Shown here: piece after piece, positions 1 to 16,000 of the stretch
How the letters are laid out: each line of letters starts with the position of its first letter
Numbering within the stretch: the stretch's first letter is position 1
Source: Macrostomum lignano
Lineage: Eukaryota
Assembly: GCA_002269645.1 (NCBI GenBank)
Contig: NIVC01002314.1
Location: forward strand, 120,491 to 184,490
DNA: 64,000 nucleotides
Direction of reading: 5' to 3'
Made by a program: the position numbers and the translations under genes
The notes under the pieces: model-generated
Told to the model about the DNA's origin: nothing
Databases searched by the model: none
What the model saw: the letters and a program-made list of their open reading frames with translations, nothing else

Positions 1-40
1 TCAACAACCTTGTCCACAGCTACAATTTGATTCGAGTCTC

Positions 41-376
41 TCAGTCGAACAGGCCGAATCCCATGTCGTCATCCTCTGACTCGGACTCCTCTTTCTTCTC
101 CTCTTTCTTGGCCTCCGGCTTTGCTGCCTCGGCGGCCGCAGCGGGTGCAGCGGCGGCCGGACCAGCGGCGGGCGCGCCAGACGGGACGCTGGCGAGTTTC
201 TTCTGACCGGCCTCGATCATCTCGTCGATGCTCTTGCCCTTGAGATCGGCGAACAGTTTGTTCAGCCGGTCCTCTTCGCAGTCGATGCCGACTGAGCCGA
301 GGATTTTCTTCACGGACTCCTTGGTGGGCTCCTGGCCGCTCATTGCGGACAGCAGGAAGGCGGCGATATAGCGCAT
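41..376 (-). CDS. RPLP2: 60S acidic ribosomal protein P2, copy A (111 aa, CDS uninterrupted)
   Basis: N-terminus MRYIAAFLL (P2-type MRYxAAYLL), Ala-rich hinge and the conserved acidic P-protein C-terminus [16 protein letters not shown]. Confidence 0.96.
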   Translation of the reverse strand: MRYIAAFLLSAMSGQEPTKESVKKILGSVGIDCEEDRLNKLFADLKGKSIDEMIEAGQKKLASVPSGAPAAGPAAAAPAAAAEAAKPEAKKEEKKEESESEDDDMGFGLFD

Positions 377-1346
377 GGTTGGCTGCTAGGGCTGGAATGC
401 GTTGAAGGGGAGTTGCCGAGATACCAAGGCTCAATCGGGAAGTTGCATGGCACCTTACGCTGAAGGCCTGGGATCTGCGATGGCGAATGCTTTTTAGAAC
501 TCTGCATCTGCATGCCTTACTCCCAAGAAACCAATAATAATGACTAAACAAGACCTTCGTAAACGTAGCTGTCTGTATTAATATTACTTTACTTGGTGCC
601 GCCCCAGCGGGGGGTTAAGATTGCTAGTCCAATATACTAAAATAATTAGAGCTTTACATGACAGCACTAACTGGCGTAGCCTGAGCAATATGAGTTCCCA
701 ATGAGGTTAGTTCAAACGATAGTCATCATATACTAAAATGTCTACTTGCTTCCCCGATAATAGACAATTTAAAGTTATACCGATCTATAAAACCATTTAG
801 ACTATATATTGAATGCAATTCAGAGGACTGCTTCAAGGTGAGGTTAGTTCACCACCCTCAACATGAACGATGGGATACAAAACCCGAAATTTTGCACGAA
901 TATTTTAATTCATATTAATTTCGCTCATGGCTGAGTCGAGATAGACTGTAGATGAATTGAATAATTTTTAATTCATTTTATACTCAATTGTTTAAATAAA
1001 TTTTTATAACAGATAAAGATATGGATCATTTTTAAAAAGAAATTTTACCGAAGATTTTGCAGGCATTGTCGATTGTCGTCTCCTGCTAGTAAATAACTAA
1101 CCTTTTCACACTGAGCTAAAACGTTAATAAAGCGATTTATTACTTACTTAACTGAATAAAAAAGTTACAAGTAAAAGACAGTAATATAATTCCATCCGAC
1201 GCTCTTGAGGCGCAATATATGCTGAAGTTTGCATTTATTTTTACTATTATTTACTACGATAAAGCAATCTTGCCCCTTAACTAACTCCTTCAGTCCGAGC
1301 TATCAACTCAAAAAAACATTCAAGAAATGCCGCGATGGTTCCGTTC

Positions 1347-1682
1347 TCAGTCAAACAGGCCGAATCCCATGTCGTCATCCTCTGACTCGGACTCCTCTTT
1401 CTTCTCCTCTTTCTTGGCCTCCGGCTTTGCTGCCTCGGCGGCCGCGGCGGGTGCAGCGGCGGCCGGACCAGCGGCGGGCGCGCCAGACGGGACGCTGGCG
1501 AGTTTCTTCTGACCGGCCTCGATCATCTCGTCGATGCTCTTGCCCTTGAGATCGGCGAACAGTTTGTTCAGCCGGTCCTCTTCGCAGTCGATGCCGACTG
1601 AGCCGAGGATTTTCTTCACGGACTCCTTGGTGGGCTCCTGGCCGCTCATTGCGGACAGCAGGAAGGCGGCGATGTAGCGCAT
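1347..1682 (-). CDS. RPLP2: 60S acidic ribosomal protein P2, copy B (111 aa, same protein as copy A)
   Basis: Same translation as 41..376; three synonymous nucleotide differences; candidate AATAAA on the minus strand near 1236. Confidence 0.96.
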   Translation of the reverse strand: MRYIAAFLLSAMSGQEPTKESVKKILGSVGIDCEEDRLNKLFADLKGKSIDEMIEAGQKKLASVPSGAPAAGPAAAAPAAAAEAAKPEAKKEEKKEESESEDDDMGFGLFD

Positions 1683-2706
1683 GGTTGGCTGCTAGGGCTG
1701 TGTAGCTGCAACAGATAATTTTGGCAAAATGTTCGCATTATCCTACTGACATTCGATGAATTAAGTAGAGACGTAAGCAAATATCAAGGTAAATTTAATC
1801 GCTGAAAATACAAAATCTGAATTGCCAAACGACGGACTTTTCAGATGATTTTTAAAAAGCCTAACCGGTATTAAAAATACCGCATAGAATGAAAAACCTA
1901 GTGCTTTATGTCTACTGTCAGTAATATATACGTATCTAATTATTTTCCTAGTTTACATTAAAAATAATTACTCAAAAAATCAAAGCCAGATTTGTCAACA
2001 ATGCCTTCATTATCTGTATTTTTTTCTGAAAAACAACAACGCAACAAATGAACAGATTGCAATGCACGAAACCTTCTACTTACAGCTAGTACTATCATTA
2101 CAATCATAATTTGCTATGGAAAGTCAAGACATGAATGAGCATTTTAGCGCACCGAAAATTGAATGCGCGTAAAAGAAAAAAAATAGACAAGAATAATGCA
2201 CTAGGATAGATTTCCTTGACAACAAGGGGATTCTGCTATGCACAAAAATTTTAGAGATTTTATAGGAGAACAATAAACCCATCTTTGAAGTCTAGTTGTA
2301 ACCGCACAGATATAAATATTAATAACAGTCACAACTTGGCGCATTGGCGGCACAGTTAGACAGAAATATATATATATATGAGCAAAATTGCATCCACTTT
2401 GTTATAATAAAGACGGATAATTTTTAGCGGCGGCAGTCTCTGTTTGTGTGTTTGTGTATCTGTGTGCGCGTGTGTTTGCTGGTGAGCAGAATTCGGACAA
2501 GAAAACATAACATACCGATACACGAGTGCAGTGCATTTATCAAATAATAAGTAATAAATATTTTCTTACAAAAAATAACATAATGTCAACGTGTCAGTTT
2601 TGTCAGAAGTTTAAGTCAGATAATATATACATCTAAACTTTGATAGAAAGTAATTATATAGAGAGTGACGATAAACTTTCACGCAATATCCTGCGCACTT
2701 TAAGGG

Positions 2707-3382
2707 TAGGGTGAGATACTTCTGAGTAGGCTCAGAGAATAGGGTGAGATACTTCAGAGTAGGCTCAGAGAGTAGGGTGAGATACTTCAGAGTAGGCTCA
2801 GAGAGTAGGGTGAAATACTTCAGAGTAGGCTCAGAGAGTAGGGTGAGATACTTCAGAGTAGGCTCAGAGAGTAGGGTGAGATACTTCAGGGTAGGCTCAG
2901 AGAATAGAGTGAGATACTTCAGAGTAGGCTCAGAGAGTAGGGTGAGATACTTCAGGGTAGGCTCAGAGAATAGAGTGGGATACTTCAGAGTAGGCTCAGA
3001 GAGTAGGGTGAGATACTTCAGAGTAGGCTCAGAGAGTAGGGTGAGATACTTCAGAGTAGGCTCAGAGAGTAGGGTGAAATACTTCAGGGTAGTCTCAGAG
3101 AATAGAGTGAGTTAATTCAGAGTAGGCTCAGAGAGTAGGGTGAAATACTTCAGGGTAGGCTCAGAGAATAGGGTGAGATACTTCAGAGTAGGCTCAGAGA
3201 GTAGGGTGAGATACTTCAGAGTAGGCTCAGAGAATAGGGTGAGATACTTCAGAGTAGGCTCAGAGAGTAGGGTGAGATACTTCAGAGTAGGCTCAGAGAG
3301 TAGGGTGAGATACTTCAGAGTAGGCTCAGAGAGTAGGGTGAGATACTTCAGAGTAGGCTCAGAGAGTAGAGTGAGATACTTC
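2707..3382. repeat. 33-nt minisatellite (AGGGTGAGATACTTCAGAGTAGGCTCAGAGAGT), about 20 copies, intergenic between FNIP and RPLP2-B
   Basis: Direct tandem repeats; produces the RVRYFRVGSES pseudo-ORFs. Confidence 0.95.
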
Positions 3383-4865
3383 GGTACAAGATTAAGAGAT
3401 GGGATTAACAGAGGCTCATTATGGCATGAAAAAGCAGGAAATTAAAATGATTAAAAGGACTAGCTCTGTTCTTGAAGTAGTTGAAAATATTCACACAGGC
3501 ACAGGCCGTATTATAACAAGCAGAATAAGCGGTCGCGCAAATCTAAACGGGTTTGGGTTAAAAAGAAAGTACGAAGCAGACACCCAAACACCGGAATAAT
3601 ACAACTGGATGATGAGATATTTTTTATCATTGACAAACACAAAATAAAAAAATTAGATTAGATGAGCAACAAAGGGGGCAGCGGATGCTAAAAATGAGGA
3701 ATAAATAAATGAATAAACAAATTGATACATGCACAGCAAGGCGCAGCAAATAAAATTGTCAAATATAGTAAATCAACGCACAGTTTTTGGCAACTATAGG
3801 AAATGAAATATTTATACCAAGTAAATATCGATATAACCTGCCAGATGAAAACGGGGCACCCAGGCCAAGAAACGCCAAGTAAAATGGGAAACACGTGACT
3901 CTACACTACAACTCTAAAACGACAAGATTTCAACGAGTCGCTTAAAAGTCAATTTGAGGCGTTCTATTGTCTGCCAATCTGATGCCCTTCTATAATGACT
4001 TCTGCAACACACGTGATGCGCTCGTGACTTAACAATCGTCTTCTCAACGGGTTGGAAAATTATAGTTAATTTACACATCATAACATTCATGTATAAAATA
4101 TTAATAACTCAATCAATAATAGTTTACAGAAGAAATAGAACCACTATTTACAATGCATTCTGTGATCAATTAATAAAGTGAACAAGTTGATTGTGATAGT
4201 AGTTACATATAGCATTATATATATATGAATATATATTATTTACATTATTAATATCAAAGAAATCAACATTCTTGATACAGAATGGGGGACAATAGACAAA
4301 ATACTAAGATGTAAAAGGTTCGGGATTTAGTAGCTTTTGTTTAAAAAAAGATGGGTGTTAAAACGGCCCTTTTTAGACGCGAGTTTTGCTATACTTTTCT
4401 TGTTCTTATTAATATTTAGAATTTACTAATATATATTTTCTTGTTTTCTTTACCATTACCTGCAGCTTAAACTTGGGAGTCTGTTTCAAGGACTCCTGAA
4501 ACAGCAAAGCATTGTTCTTGCTTTCGATAGGAGGCAGAACCAATGCTCATCTTTTGATATGTTGTGCCTTTCAATTGCAATAGCAATTTTTGTGGTGAAA
4601 AAATGAAATACAAAAATGCTGCGTAGTGTATTTTTCGGCGAAAACCGGCCTTTTATGAAGCATTTTCTAAGAAACATAGTGTCCCGTCCTACTTGAGTAG
4701 TCCTTAGACTGTTTCCGTAGAATATATTACACGAGTGCACAAAACGGCCCTTTTAAGGCACCCTGCAATTTTATAAAATGTGCTAAACTAACTTTAATCG
4801 AATGCTATATAGTAGAATAGATAACTACGATTAATATAAGGCAAAGCGTGCAATTTCTTTTTATC

Positions 4866-9155
<4,290 letters not shown>

Positions 9156-9929
9156 ATCGGTAGTTATTTAAATCTGATTTTTCGGGCGTTAAAAATCGAT
9201 ATACTATTTTTAGTGGTTAAAGCAAGATTGTTTATAAAACACAATAGCGGCTTCACTTTACTGCTGGCATTGCTGCCGTTGCTGTCTGTTGCCGCTTTTA
9301 ATGCAGCTGAAAATGCGGGAACAGATAATTTTTTTGCTGTTTTAACACGAAAATTACATACTACTTATAGTAGAACAGTAAATAATTGAAAACAAAAGAA
9401 AAATGATGAGAAAAATGGATCACACAGACTTATAAAACGATTGTATCGAGTCTTCATTTACTGTTTTGACAGAATTCAGACAACAGTTGTAGCTGACAGA
9501 TTAAACGGTTGATCAATTGTTTCTTACATGAGTAAGAAAGATCCATAGACTGTTTATACTAAACATGCAATAATAACAGAAGCTAAAAAATGATACAAAA
9601 AACTAAAAAAATAAAGCTAAAATCAAGTCGAACAGACTTACTGCTAGTAAACAATGTAATTGGTCAGAAAGAATAAACTTCTCTGCAAACCGGGCCAAAA
9701 TGTCACAATGTCACTAGCCTATTAAATCAGTTAGTTACGAGCCAATACGCAAATGGCCATTCTCCATATTCGGGTTACAGGTCGTTAACTGTGATTTTCT
9801 CTAAATAGTTAGTTAGGTAATGAATCAGGGAATTAATTGATGTGCCAGCGGCCCAGGCTCGATTCCAATATTTGCGGCTCGGCCGGCTTGGGTTTGCTTG
9901 TGAAATTAACGGCCTTGAAGGGCCAACCA

Positions 9930-10015
9930 ACCCCCCAAGGCACAGTGAAGTGTATAAATGCCTAACGATAAATAAAGTTAGGGCCGCTGTACACTCCTGT
10001 GTGAAAGGGTGCACA
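9930..10015 (+). mobile_element. Partial copy of a dispersed non-coding repeat (family A), downstream of the SHPRH stop
   Basis: CCCCCCAAGGCACAG..AAAGTTAGGGCCGCTGTACACTCCTGTGTGA aligns by eye with 13845-14030 and 57515-57720. Confidence 0.6.
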
Positions 10016-10056
10016 CACAACCTCCTGTCAATAACTAATTAGGTAGAGACCCAGAC

Positions 10057-13000
10057 TCAAGCCTCCATAATATCGTCAGTGTCAGCATCGGGACTGGGAC
10101 AAAGCAATTCTGTCAGCTGGTCAACAGTCAGATTGCAGGATTGCGAGGCCGCATTAGCAATGGTGGAGCTGTCATTAGAGGTCCGCACAGCCGACCAGAG
10201 CGCCTCCTCGATAGTGTTGGACACGAGAAACCGGTGCACACAGGTTGGTTTAGTCTGACCAATGCGGTCAATCCGACCAATAGCTTGCAACTCTTGAGCA
10301 GGATTTAGCTGCGGCTCAGCCAATAGCACGTGATTAGCTTCAATCAGATTCAATCCATTAGCACCGTAGTTGATTGACAGCAGCAGGACAGTCAGTCTGG
10401 CTTCGGATTTGAATTTCTCAATGCCAGAATCGCGAGTCCTGCTATCCATAACGAATGCGTGCGGTATGCCGTTGATAATTAGAGCAGAGCGGAGCAGTTC
10501 GAGCATGGCTGGGAAAGAGGAGAACACGAGCACTTTTGCGCCTGGCTCGCTAGCTTCGATGCTTTTCAAACAGCGAACAATGCCGGACACTTTGGTGGAA
10601 TAATCGCCGTAGCAGTCGAATTGGGACAGGCTGTCCGAGTGGCTGTCCGGTGTTGATGAAGACTGGTGATGCTGACTTGACAAATTCGGTCTTGAAAATA
10701 CGGTTTTGATGTCGGATTGGAGACTAGTCTGAAATATAATTATGGGCATTTCAAGATTGATTATTATATCTGATTTATGCGAGTTCCTAACATTAAAAAC
10801 TCAGATCGGTGAACTAACCGCTCCCAAATCTGCTTAACTATCTTTGTGCTGATCTAAGTAGCTAGCGACTTGCATAGCAAATACCTAGTACCCAGTTACA
10901 CCAAACCCTTTAGAAGCTACAATCGTGTTTAATTGCCGATATGTTGTGACAGAGAGATAATCCAAAGACCAGAGATTAGAAATCCAGATCATACTTCTTC
11001 CCAATATAGATTAGCAATCCATCCTACTTCTGCCCAATGTACACACAGGCTAGATTAGCAATCCATCCTACTTCTTCCCAATGTACACACAGGCTAGATT
11101 AGCAATCCATCCTACTTCTGCCCAATGTACACACAGGCTAGATTAGCAATCCATACTACTTCTGCCCAATGTACACACAGGCTAGATTAGCAATCCATAC
11201 TACTTTTTCCCAATGTACACACAGGCTAGATTAGCAATCCATCCTACTTCTTCCCAATGTACACACAGGCTAGATTAGCAATCCATCCTACTTCTTCCCA
11301 ATGTACACACAGGCTAGATTAGCAATCCATCCTACTTTTTCCCAATGTACACACAGGCTAGATTAGCAATCCATCCTACTTCTTCCCAATGTACACACAG
11401 GCTAGATTAGCAATCCATACTACTTCTTCCCAATGTACACACAGGCTAGATTAGCAATCCATCCTACTTCTTCCCAATGTACACACAGGCTAGATTAGCA
11501 ATCCATCCTACTTCTTCCCAATGTGCACACAGGCTAGATTAGCAATCTATCAAACTATGATAACTCAAGTTGCATCTAAAGCCATCTTAACCAGCCATGA
11601 CTCACCTGCCGACACACGGGGCACACTAAGCGGTTACATTTGAGCAGTCGGCGCAGACAGTTTAAGCAGAGCTGGTGAGCGCACCCGAGCACGTGCCATC
11701 TTGAGGGCAGAGATCGCCGACACACGGGACAGTCCTCCTGCTCCGATCCCCGATCTGCCGCAGCGCTAGCAGCTGATTCAGCAGCAGCCTTGGCTGCTCG
11801 ATCAGCTTTGACGTTGATCAGATATTTCAATCGGCCGAGCTCTCGAGCTCGAGTGGCTGAGCAGATGGCTTTGTCGGCCAAGTAGCGCTGCTTTTTCTCG
11901 TCGAATTCTAGGCGACTGTGGACAAAATTCTTGGTCATCGCGTCAGTCTGCAAGATGGAGAGAATTGGTGATGAAATGAGGGAACTTGCCTCATTACAGA
12001 GGGAACTTGCCTCATTACAGAATTAGCGATTTTAGCAAAATTTTAAATGTTTGCGACAAACTGGAGGAAATCCATAAGAATACGGAGGGAATCTATAGTA
12101 AACCGAAGGGTTGTATCAGAAACCGGAGGAAATCTATGAGAAACCAGAGAGAATCTTTGAGAAACCAGAGGGAATCTCTAAAAAACCGGGAGGGGATCTT
12201 TGAGAAACAGGAGGAAATAAATGAGAAACCGGAGGTAATAAGTGAGAAACCGGAGGAAATAAATGAGAAACCAGAGGTCATTTGTAAGAAACCGGAGGAA
12301 ATAAATGAGAAACCGGAGGGAATCTTTGAGAAAGGGGGTAATCTATGAGAAACCAGAGGTCATTTGTGAGAAACCGGAGGAAATAAATGAGAAACCGGAG
12401 GGAATCTTTGAGAAAGGGGGTAATCTATGAGAAACCAGAGGTCATTTGTGAGAAACCGGAGGAATCTTTGGGAAACCGAAGGGAATCTATGAGAAACCAG
12501 AGGTAATTTATGAGAAACCGGAGGAAATAAATGAGGAACCGGAGGGAATACATGAGAAAACCCTTAGAAACATTAAGTTACAAGAATATGAGATCATGAA
12601 GGAAATGAAATCGATTTTTTTTCTGAAATCGATCACGTAGATATCTAGATAACGATAAACCATTTTAGTATATACTTGTAGATTACATACTACAAAAACA
12701 GGTAACGCAGCAGACGCAATTACAGCCCTATTTACCTGTTCTCCAGGCTGCAACAGTCGCAACCTGGTCAGTGCCTGGTCAATCTCATCCTTAACAGACT
12801 GCAACTGGCCCAATTCAATCCACAAATCGTGCAACAGATTGTACTCGCGTCGCATTAATTTTAGCGAATTTAATTGACTAGTTAAGTCGGCAATAGCGGC
12901 GGGATCGTTCTGGACGAAACGCACTAGCCGGCTAAGCAGGCTGTCAATCAGAGGCGGAAGGCGTTTGTCTTCTACGAAACCGGCTGGCAGGAATACGGCC

Positions 13001-16000
13001 TGCGGGTTGAAGGAGCATCATTTTATTGGAGTGTTTAGGGAGATTCATTGAGTGTTTAGGGTGATTCATTGGGGTGTTTAGGGTGATTTATTGGGGTGTT
13101 TAGGGTGATTTATTGGGGTGTTTAGGGTGATTCATTGGGGTGTTTAGGGTGATTCATTGGGGTGTTTAGTGTGATTCATTGGGGTGTTTAGGGTGATTCA
13201 TTGGAGTGTTTAGGGTGATTCATTGGGGTGTTTAGGGTGATTCATTGGGGTGTTTAGGGTGATTCATTGGGGTGTTTAGGGTGATTCATTGGGGTGTTTA
13301 GGTTGATTTATTGGAGTGTTTAGGGTGATTCTTTGGGGTGTTTAGGGTGGTTCATTTGGGTGTTTAGGGTGGTTCATTGGGGTGTTTAGTGTGATTCATT
13401 GGGGTGTTTAGGGTGATTTATTGGAGTGTTTAGGGTGATTCATTGGGGTGTTTAGGGTGGTTCATTTGGGTGTTTAGGGTGATTTATTGGGGTGTTTAGG
13501 GTGATTTATTGGAGTGTTTAGGGTGATTCATTGGGGTGTTTAGGGTGGTTCATTGGGGTGTTTAGTGTGATTCATTGGGGTGTTTAGGGTGATTTATTGG
13601 AGTGTTTAGGGTGATTCATTGGGGTGTTTAGGGTGATTTATTGGAGTGTTTAGTGTGATTAATTGGGGTGTTTAGTGTGATTAATTGGGGTGTTTAGGGG
13701 ATGATTCATTAGAATTTTAGGGTGATTTATGAAAGCGTTTAATGGTGATTTGTGTAAGGTTCTCTAGGTTGGTTATCTGAGATGTGTAAAAACAACTCTT
13801 GGGATGTTTTGGGACGATTCAATGGAGCTGGAGGGCGTTTCGATTCGTGCAATTTACACCCTCGAGAGCCAGCCCCCAAGGTACAGAGTGTGCATGCCCG
13901 AAGATTAGAAAGTCACCGGGCCGCTAAATACGCACACCCTGTACACAGGGCGATTCTGAGTACAGTATTGGCGCGCTTTTGTGCTCAGGAATGAGCAGAA
14001 TCGTCTCAGCTCTGGTGCTGTGGGGCGTTGTAACTTTAATTATTATCATGAAAAAGAGTATAAAATTCGTCCATACCTTCTTATACTCATTAAAGAGCTG
14101 TTCGCAGCTGCACCAGCGACAAGAGTCCAGACCCTCGGCGCGGCGCAGACAGTGCATGACGTACTCGCGAAACTGCTGTTCAGTCCAATCACCCTCTATC
14201 TCAGCCATAGCGGCTGTTAACTTAGCCCTAGTTGACTTCAATCGATCCAATTCGCTGTGCAAAGCCATGCCAACCCCAGCCGGGGTGGAACAGGCTCTCA
14301 GCTGACCAGCTAATCGGGAATTATCGTAGCACAACAAATCGGTCAGGCTGTCAGCCAGTGCGCTAGTAGAATTAGGCCAGTGCCGATGCAACAGGTCTAC
14401 AAGCCAGTCCTCGTTCAAGGCTAAGCGAGATTCTTCGGCCGCGATATTCTCGCTAACAAGGTTTGCTTTGGAGCGGGCTTGGGCCACTACTGACTGCTGG
14501 TTAGCTACCATGCGATCGCGTAGGACCGTCTCTCTGAGGTGCGAGAGCGACGGGTAGGCATTGTAAGTTAGCACTTATGTTTATTATTCTATCGAAACAC
14601 ATTTATAAAGACCATGTGGCAGTTTTAAATTCCAATCTTACATATAATTTATTTATCAGCATCATTATACTCGTAACCTCAGCTGGACTCATGCCATCTT
14701 ATCTCACCTTTGAGATGAAGACTTAGAATTTCACCTTTGAGATGGCAGATCTACTCATAGAATCTAACCCCCGAGATCAGAGATCTAAATTCGCACCCCT
14801 CAGATAACAGGTCGATAATCTCACCCACTAGATTTAACAGGTTAGAATCTCACCCCTAAGTTAACAGGTTAGAATCTCACCCCTAAGTTAACAGGTTAGA
14901 ATCTCACCCCTAAGTTAAGAAGTGTAGAATCTCACCCCTAAGTTAACAGGTTAGAATCTCACCCACTAGATTTAACAGGTTAGAATCTCACCCCTAAGTT
15001 AAGAAGTGTAAAATCTCACCACTATGTTAACAGATAGAATCTCACCACTAAGTTAAGAAGTGTAAAATCTCACACCTAAGACAACAGGTTAGAATCTCAC
15101 CCCTAAGTTAACAGGTTAGAACCTCACCCCTAAGTTAAGAAGTGTAAAATCTCACCCCTATGTTAACAGATAGAATCTCACCCCTAAGTTAAGAAGTGTA
15201 AAATCTCACCCCTATGTTAACAGATAGAATCTCACCCCTAAGTTAAGAAGTGTAAAATCTCACACCTAAGACAACAGGTTAGAATCTTACCCCTAAGTTA
15301 ACAGGTTAGAATCTCACCCCTAAGTTAAGAAGTGTAAAATCTCACCCCTAAGTTAACAGGTTAGAATCTCACCCCTGAGTTAACAGGTTAGAATCTCACC
15401 CCTGAGTTAACAGGTTAGAATCTTACCCCTAAGTTAAGAAGTGTAGAATCTCACCCCTAAGTTAAGAAGTGTAGTATCTCACCCCTATGTTAACAGGTTA
15501 GAATCTCACCCCTAAGTTAACAGGTTATAATCTCACCCCTGAGTTAACAGGTTAGAATCTCACCCCTGAGTTAACAGGTTAGAATCTCACCCCTGAGTTA
15601 ACAGGTTAGAATCTCACCCCTGAGTTAACAGGTTAGAATCTCACCCCTGAGTTAACAGGTTAGAATCTCACCCCTAAGTTAAGAAGTGTAGTATCTCACC
15701 CCTATGTTAACAGGTTAGAATCTCACCCCTAAGTAAAGAAGTGTAAAATCTCACCCCTAAGTTAACAGGTTAGAATCTCACCCCTAAGTTAACAGGTTAG
15801 AATCTCACCCCTAAGTTAACAGGTTAGAATCTCACCCCTAAGTTAACAGGTTAGAATCTCACCCCTAAGTTAACAGGTTAGAATCTCACCCCTAAGTTAA
15901 CAGGTTAGAATCTCACCCCTAAGTTAACAGGTTAGAATCTCACCCCTAAGTTAACAGGTTAAATCTCACCCCTAAGTTAACAGGTTAGAATCTCACCCCT

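Noticed and set aside
727-739. CATATACTAAAAT, identical to part of the U6 snRNA 5' region
   Set aside because: Only 13 nt of AT-rich match; the ACAGAGA box and the rest of U6 are absent.
41-1700. RPLP2 duplication as an assembly or haplotype artefact
   Set aside because: The flanking sequences of the two copies are unrelated, which a falsely duplicated haplotype would not produce.
13022-13725. TTTAGGG/TTGGGG telomere-like motifs, and (TTTAGTG)n at 42030-42398
   Set aside because: Embedded in longer units or degenerate, with no uninterrupted telomeric hexamer/heptamer run; not evidence of an interstitial telomere.
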